Assembly (NCBI GenBank): GCA_019115805.1
Contig: DXCW01000163.1
Coordinates: 900 to 64,899, forward strand
DNA from: Candidatus Sphingobacterium stercorigallinarum
GTDB lineage: Bacteria; Bacteroidota; Bacteroidia; Sphingobacteriales; Sphingobacteriaceae
Direction: 5' to 3'
Length of the DNA stretch: 64,000 nt
Shown: piece after piece, positions 59,814 through 64,000 of the stretch
How the letters are laid out: every line of letters begins with the position of its first letter
Numbering within the stretch: position 1 is the stretch's first letter
Program-made: the position numbers and the translations under genes
Notes under the pieces: model-generated
Told to the model about the DNA's origin: nothing
The model's database searches: none
What the model saw: the letters and a program-made list of their open reading frames with translations, nothing else

Positions 59814-60878
59814 TTACACACCGGTGTATGTATGACAAGCTCTTGATGCCGTTCGCTTTGTAAACGATAAGTACAGCTGTACGCGTGGCATTTCGGTGGA
59901 TGGAATATTGCTTTCGTGGTCAATAAAGGTCATACCGTAAATTCGTCCTTTACTATTACGTCTTACAACGGTATTAATTCCTTGTTCGGTCAATTGCTTT
60001 CTAAAATCCGTTTCATTGTTTGTGGTATGTATGGCAAGCTCCACCGTATTTTTAAGAACAGACCTCGCAGGATTGGTTTTCATTTTCTCTTTTGACTGTT
60101 CAAAGTGCTTTTGCAGTTGTGCAACTCCTGCATCTTTCCCGAATAGCGATGCTTTAAATGGATTGCTTGTCTTGTTTCCGTTTTCGTCCAAAGCAACATA
60201 AACCAATCCATTTACAGGTTGACCATTACGCTCGCCCTTTACTTCTTCCGCTGTAATGTTGAACAGCGACAGCAAAGCATTGTAGCTTCCCATTGTCGTA
60301 AAGCTGTAATATTTCGGCAAATGCCGTACTACAGAAGCGATCTGACTTTTTATATCACCTTTGTGGTAATCCACAGGTTTGAAAACTTTATTGCCCTGCT
60401 TTTGCGCCTGCTCAGTAGCTTTGTGCAAATTGTATTTCTGTTCCAAGTCCCGACAGATAGCCATTGAACGTGGATGGTCGTAATCATCGGGAATTTTCTT
60501 TCCGTCAATACAAACACAGGTCGAAACGATATGAATGTGCGTTCTATCAATATCCGTATGTTTGAAAACAATATAAGGCTGATTGCCGTAGCCCATACGC
60601 TCCATATACTCCTGTGCCATTTCCGTAAACTGTTCATCGCTTACCTTGTCTTTCGGGTCTGGGTTCAATGAAATATGCCGTACGGTCTTTTCCGTTTTGA
60701 TATTTGCCGACAAATACGGCTCAAAGCACTTATTGAAATACGCTACGGAATACCTTCCGTTCATTGTATCGGGTATCTTGTTCAGCAATAAAACCGCTCC
60801 GTTTTCCCTGTCCACTTTCTGCTGATTGTACAAAATCGCTCCGTACATATTGCTTCCTTTTCCGATTTTTGCAATCAT
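59814..60878 (-). CDS. mobB: Relaxase/mobilization nuclease (Bacteroidetes MobB type), with non-homologous 3' tail
   Basis: MIAKIGKGSNMYGAILYNQQK...RHISLNPDP...YIVFKHTDIDRTHIHIVS (HxH relaxase motif). The family-typical ...GMTFIDHES is followed by an unrelated 26-aa tail. Confidence 0.85.
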   Translation of the reverse strand: MIAKIGKGSNMYGAILYNQQKVDRENGAVLLLNKIPDTMNGRYSVAYFNKCFEPYLSANIKTEKTVRHISLNPDPKDKVSDEQFTEMAQEYMERMGYGNQPYIVFKHTDIDRTHIHIVSTCVCIDGKKIPDDYDHPRSMAICRDLEQKYNLHKATEQAQKQGNKVFKPVDYHKGDIKSQIASVVRHLPKYYSFTTMGSYNALLSLFNITAEEVKGERNGQPVNGLVYVALDENGNKTSNPFKASLFGKDAGVAQLQKHFEQSKEKMKTNPARSVLKNTVELAIHTTNNETDFRKQLTEQGINTVVRRNSKGRIYGMTFIDHESNIPSTEMPRVQLYLSFTKRTASRACHTYTGV

Positions 60879-60970
60879 AACTTTACTCCTTTATTTTGGG
60901 TTTCTTTCATATTCAGTATTCAATAAATTGTTTTTGTAACTTTGTTCTCCCTAACAGACAATTACAAAAA

Positions 60971-61435
60971 ATGATTAGATTAATTGCCAAAGAAGATATA
61001 CAACGTGTGAATGAGCTGTATTTTGCATTATTCAAATTAACTGCTGAAACAGAACCGTATTATCATAAACCAACCTATCAGAATGAGGATTTTTTAAAAA
61101 GCGTAATTGAACAACAAAACGGTTTTATAGGTTATGTCTATGAAAAGGATGATTTAATTATCGGATTTGTAATTGCCCAATTACAGACTTCTCCACCTTA
61201 TGATTGTTTTAAACAATTAAATTCTGTCTACTTAATGGATATTGTTGTTGATGAACATTACAGAGGACACGGTGTCGGTGCTAAACTGATTAACAAAATA
61301 AAAGATTGGGGGCATGAACACCAAGTAGATTATCTCGAATTATCAGTATTGGCTAAAAACGAAAAAGCATATCAACTGTATTTAAGAGAGGGTTTTGTTC
61401 CTTATAATATCTCTATGCGAAGTAAACTGAAATAA
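60971..61435 (+). CDS. GNAT-family N-acetyltransferase
   Basis: Acetyl-CoA motif VVDEHYRGHGVGAKLINKIKDW and downstream AYQLYLREGF. I prefer the ATG at 60971. Confidence 0.8.
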   Translation: MIRLIAKEDIQRVNELYFALFKLTAETEPYYHKPTYQNEDFLKSVIEQQNGFIGYVYEKDDLIIGFVIAQLQTSPPYDCFKQLNSVYLMDIVVDEHYRGHGVGAKLINKIKDWGHEHQVDYLELSVLAKNEKAYQLYLREGFVPYNISMRSKLK

Positions 61436-61449
61436 ATTACAATTATTTC

Positions 61450-61884
61450 TTACTCTTTATTCAGATGTTTCTTCTCAAATTCGGCGGTTAGCGTTGCGAT
61501 TTCTTTGCATATCTGCACCATTTCAATGGTCTGTTTTTCCAATTTGTAGAGGTATGCCAATGCTTTTTTATCCGAAAAATTGGCGTTTAATAACTTCACA
61601 ATCTGATTGTAATTGGTAGCTATTCCCCGAAACTGACCAAAAAATTTGGTCAATCTTTCGTGGTATTCAACGGCATTCATATCAATTTTTACGGTCTTTA
61701 CTGTCTTCTGAAAGATGCAGGCTGTAATGAAATGTGCCTTTGCGTTCATTCCCGATAGGTCAAACAGGGCAAGGAACTTGGCGTTTTCCTCTGCGTTCAG
61801 GTTAATGGAATACCGATGTACGGCAGGGTCGCTCTTCGGTTTCCTCCCTGTTTTCCTAATCTGTTTACTGTTCTTTTCTTCCAT
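61450..61884 (-). CDS. mobA: Mobilization relaxosome accessory protein (MobA/MobC-like)
   Basis: GRKPKSDPAVHRYSINLNAEE...FRGIATNYNQIVKLLN pattern of MobC-family proteins. I prefer the start at MEEKNSK (61884). Confidence 0.75.
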   Translation of the reverse strand: MEEKNSKQIRKTGRKPKSDPAVHRYSINLNAEENAKFLALFDLSGMNAKAHFITACIFQKTVKTVKIDMNAVEYHERLTKFFGQFRGIATNYNQIVKLLNANFSDKKALAYLYKLEKQTIEMVQICKEIATLTAEFEKKHLNKE

Positions 61885-62003
61885 AATAAATCCATTTCTA
61901 ATGTTAAACAAAACTGCGACTTCGGAGCGGTTTTCAGCTCCCTGCAAGGGCAAGTGCTTTTGAGTGCCGAAATTCATTTCGAGTACCTCAAAAGATAACT
62001 TGC

Positions 62004-62044
62004 TCTGAACAGGGGTTCAGAAAAATCCGTTTTCAAAACGGATT
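62004..62044. other. Candidate oriT: two adjacent perfect hairpins upstream of mobA
   Basis: tctgaac-aggg-gttcaga (62004-62021) and aatccgtttt-c-aaaacggatt (62024-62044). A further imperfect repeat, gaacgccaaata ... tatttggattggcgtt, lies downstream. Confidence 0.35.
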
Positions 62045-62360
62045 CGGTTTAGCTGGAAAAAATCAGTCGCCTCCATTACAAATTTCGGCAAGAGTATTTG
62101 AATAACAGCTATTTACAATCAAGCCAATGAACGCCAAATAGTACCTTTAAGTGCCACGTTTATTTGGATTGGCGTTGCTTTTATTTCCTTTGTTGTGGTT
62201 CGTTGGCTGATTGGCTACGGAGTTAATCAATGGGTTAAAGTGATTGCAAGCAAAGTCGTTGGCTTTTTAGCTAATTGAAAATATGCAGGTGCAATGATAT
62301 ATACAACTGACTGTTCAGCTAACCATATAGCTAATTTGAAATAACATAAAATTTAATGAT

Positions 62361-62813
62361 ATGATACACGAAGATGACAAAAAACAGCAACCCAAAGCAC
62401 AGGATTTTTCTTTGGAAAATTTTATTGGCTATGAAAAGAAACAACCTGTACAGGAACAACATCGGGACGACCTTATCGCACCCGAAACGGACGAAAAAAC
62501 TGTGATAACAGAAACCGAACATACAAGACCGTCAGCAAGCAACGCTAAAAAAACGACCTCTAAACCAAAGAAGCTGACCAAAGAGGATTACTGTGGACAG
62601 TTCTTTAAAATCCCGAACACTACGGCAAGCAAGGGCAAATCCGTCTATGTACGGCAGGAACACCACGATATGTTCAACAGGCTTACCAACATTATGGGAA
62701 TTGACAAACTGACGATTTATGCGTATCTGGACAACATTATCGAATACCACTTTCAGGAGTTCGGAGAGTTGATTAAGAAAATCTATGACGAGAAGCACAA
62801 GCCGTTGTTTTGA
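62361..62813 (+). CDS. DUF3408-family conjugative-element protein
   Basis: C-terminal KSVYVRQEHHDMFNRLTNIMGIDKLTIYAYLDNIIEYHF resembles the DUF3408 proteins encoded next to oriT in CTnDOT-like elements. Confidence 0.7.
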   Translation: MIHEDDKKQQPKAQDFSLENFIGYEKKQPVQEQHRDDLIAPETDEKTVITETEHTRPSASNAKKTTSKPKKLTKEDYCGQFFKIPNTTASKGKSVYVRQEHHDMFNRLTNIMGIDKLTIYAYLDNIIEYHFQEFGELIKKIYDEKHKPLF

Positions 62814-63090
62814 TAACGGTGTGTTGGCGGGTGGTGCGTTCCTCCCTCTTAAAATTATTTTCCAAAACAAAAAAACAGAAAAAAAAGAAAGCCATTTTAA
62901 CAAGGCGGACAGGCTGAAAAACCAAAAGGAAACGGAATAAGTCCCGAAGGGTGGCAGGACAACACAAACAACTTGACGAAGCCACCTTTTCTGCCCTGCC
63001 ATTATGCCGTAGTCTTTTGGTTGGGCGGTGCGGTGGCTGTCCGCCTTACCTTTGCTACCTTTTTGTTCTTTTTTGGGTACAAGAATACAA

Positions 63091-63136
63091 AATAACAAAT
63101 CAAGCCCCGATTTTTTTCGGGGCTTGATTTGTTATT
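63091..63136. terminator. Perfect 20-bp stem, 6-nt loop hairpin downstream of the YciI-like gene
   Basis: aataacaaatcaagccccga (63091-63110) and tcggggcttgatttgttatt (63117-63136) are exact reverse complements. Loop is tttttt. Confidence 0.6.
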
Positions 63137-63146
63137 TTGTTAAATG

Positions 63147-63491
63147 CTAATCTCTTTTCAAAACTTCCCTTATTTCAATATTTCCGCCTACTTGGTCAAA
63201 AATCGGATTAGCTTTTGCGATTTCGACCGCTTCATCAATGGTCTCGGATTTTACCACAACATAACCGCTAACAAATTCTTTGTTTTCGGTGTAAACTCCG
63301 TCTGTTACCTCGTTGTTAGGTTTTACGGTTTTTGCACTTCCTGCAAATGGCAAAAGCGTGTTGCCTTTGTCCACCAATTTGCTTTGTGAAGCAATTCCTG
63401 CTAACCAATTCATACGTTCCTGCATTTGTTCGGGTGTTGGTCTGAAATCGGAAATGTCTTTTAATCTGAAAATCAATACAAATTCTTTCAT
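63147..63491 (-). CDS. YciI (YCII/DGPF)-like family protein
   Basis: 114 aa. FVLIFR...VTDGVYTENKEFVSGYVVVKSETIDEAVEIAKANP...IEIREV matches the YciI-like pattern. Confidence 0.7.
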   Translation of the reverse strand: MKEFVLIFRLKDISDFRPTPEQMQERMNWLAGIASQSKLVDKGNTLLPFAGSAKTVKPNNEVTDGVYTENKEFVSGYVVVKSETIDEAVEIAKANPIFDQVGGNIEIREVLKRD

Positions 63492-63563
63492 TGTCTATAA
63501 AATTTAATTATTTCTTGTAAGACAATTTCAAATTTCGGAACGTGACAGAAAGTAGAGAAGTTT

Positions 63564-64000
63564 TTAAATTTTCATCAATTTCTCGGGGTCAACGACAGAA
63601 AAAATACTTGTGATTTTTCCGTATGGGTTTAGCTCAAATATCTGACAGTTTATCAAGGTTGTACCTCTGTAAAACAGTAATGCAGATTGATGATTGATTT
63701 CTTCGATTTTGATTTCAAGGTCTTTTTGATGATTTTCATAAACGTAGGTCATCAGTTTAATGGTGTTGTCAATTCCCGAAGTCAGTTCTGCAATGACCTG
63801 TAATTTATTTCCTGCATCTGCCAAAACCTGCACTTCATCAGATAGCATTTGCTCCAACGTTTTTACATCGCCTTTACGGATTGCGGACACATATTTTTCT
63901 AAATATTTTCGGTCTTTTGCAGACGAAGTTGCGATTTCGGGTTTCCGCAATTTCAGTTTCTTTTTGGCTCTTGTGAGGATTTGTCGGGAATTTTCTACCG
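63564..64000 (-). CDS. ECF sigma factor with SnoaL-like C-terminal extension (ECF41/SigJ-like), 5' partial
   Basis: The frame stays open upstream of the listed TTG to the window edge, reading VENSRQILTRAKKKLK (sigma region 4.2 HTH). Downstream ...YVSAIRKGDVKTLEQMLSDEVQVLADAG... resembles the SigJ-type C-terminal domain. Confidence 0.65.
   Translation of the reverse strand, partial: VENSRQILTRAKKKLKLRKPEIATSSAKDRKYLEKYVSAIRKGDVKTLEQMLSDEVQVLADAGNKLQVIAELTSGIDNTIKLMTYVYENHQKDLEIKIEEINHQSALLFYRGTTLINCQIFELNPYGKITSIFSVVDPEKLMKI

Larger units (their letters stand above)
59800..64000. mobile_element. Edge of a Bacteroidetes mobilizable/conjugative element (continues beyond window end)
   Basis: MobB relaxase, MobA/MobC-like and DUF3408 genes with an inverted-repeat-rich intergenic region. 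A sampled 60-mer is about 37% GC versus about 43% in adjacent host DNA. Confidence 0.65.

Noticed and set aside
60971-61435. GNAT considered as a TacT/AtaT-type toxin of a TA pair
   Set aside because: There is no small RHH/DUF1778-like antitoxin ORF adjacent on the same strand. I keep it as a generic GNAT cargo gene.
62532-63098. 188-aa minus-strand ORF
   Set aside because: It overlaps the DUF3408 gene antisense and then crosses the A-tract/repeat patch. It is low complexity with no start context.
1-64000. Scan for CRISPR arrays, rRNA genes, IS elements/transposases and reverse transcriptases
   Set aside because: I saw no regularly spaced direct repeats, no rRNA-like sequence, and no DDE/transposase or RT motifs in any listed ORF.

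Overview
The gene content points to a Bacteroidota chromosome, probably Sphingobacteriia-like: SusC/SusD, a GLPGLI protein, WG-repeat proteins, a Bacteroidetes-type tyrosine integrase, and MobA/MobB/DUF3408. I see three blocks.

(1) 1..~22.7 kb is the late region of a siphovirus-like prophage. It runs terminase, portal, unassigned head genes, a 1.39-kaa tape measure, tail/baseplate genes, and a tail-associated M14 peptidase. It ends in a tyrosine integrase beside tRNA-Leu(CAA).

Two visibly AT-rich inserts interrupt the late operon. One is an antisense AbiH-family abortive-infection gene between terL and portal. The other is a self-contained two-gene cassette at 6755-9192. It encodes a Panacea/SocA-like antitoxin-domain protein translationally coupled (TAATG) to a 636-aa protein. 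That protein has no motif I can recognise, plus a C-terminal coiled coil and three TM helices. I consider this cassette the best candidate for an undescribed toxin-antitoxin or abortive-infection system. The prophage endolysin appears reduced to a 26-codon stub.

(2) ~22.8-59.7 kb is ordinary core genome. It includes guaA, rsmB-like, usp, ychF, an ABC exporter, plsC-like, ABC-F, pyrD, and a thiM-thiE-thiD-tenA operon behind a clear TPP riboswitch. It also holds yceI, WG-repeat proteins, a decayed SusC/SusD locus, an S41 peptidase, and an OM barrel + GLPGLI pair.

(3) ~59.8-64.0 kb is the edge of a lower-GC mobilizable/conjugative element. It carries a MobB relaxase with an aberrant 3' end, a GNAT insert, MobA/MobC-like, candidate oriT hairpins, and DUF3408. 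These are followed by a YciI-like gene and a partial ECF sigma factor.

No rRNA, CRISPR array or IS element was seen. All family assignments come from motif recognition by eye. None has been checked against a database.
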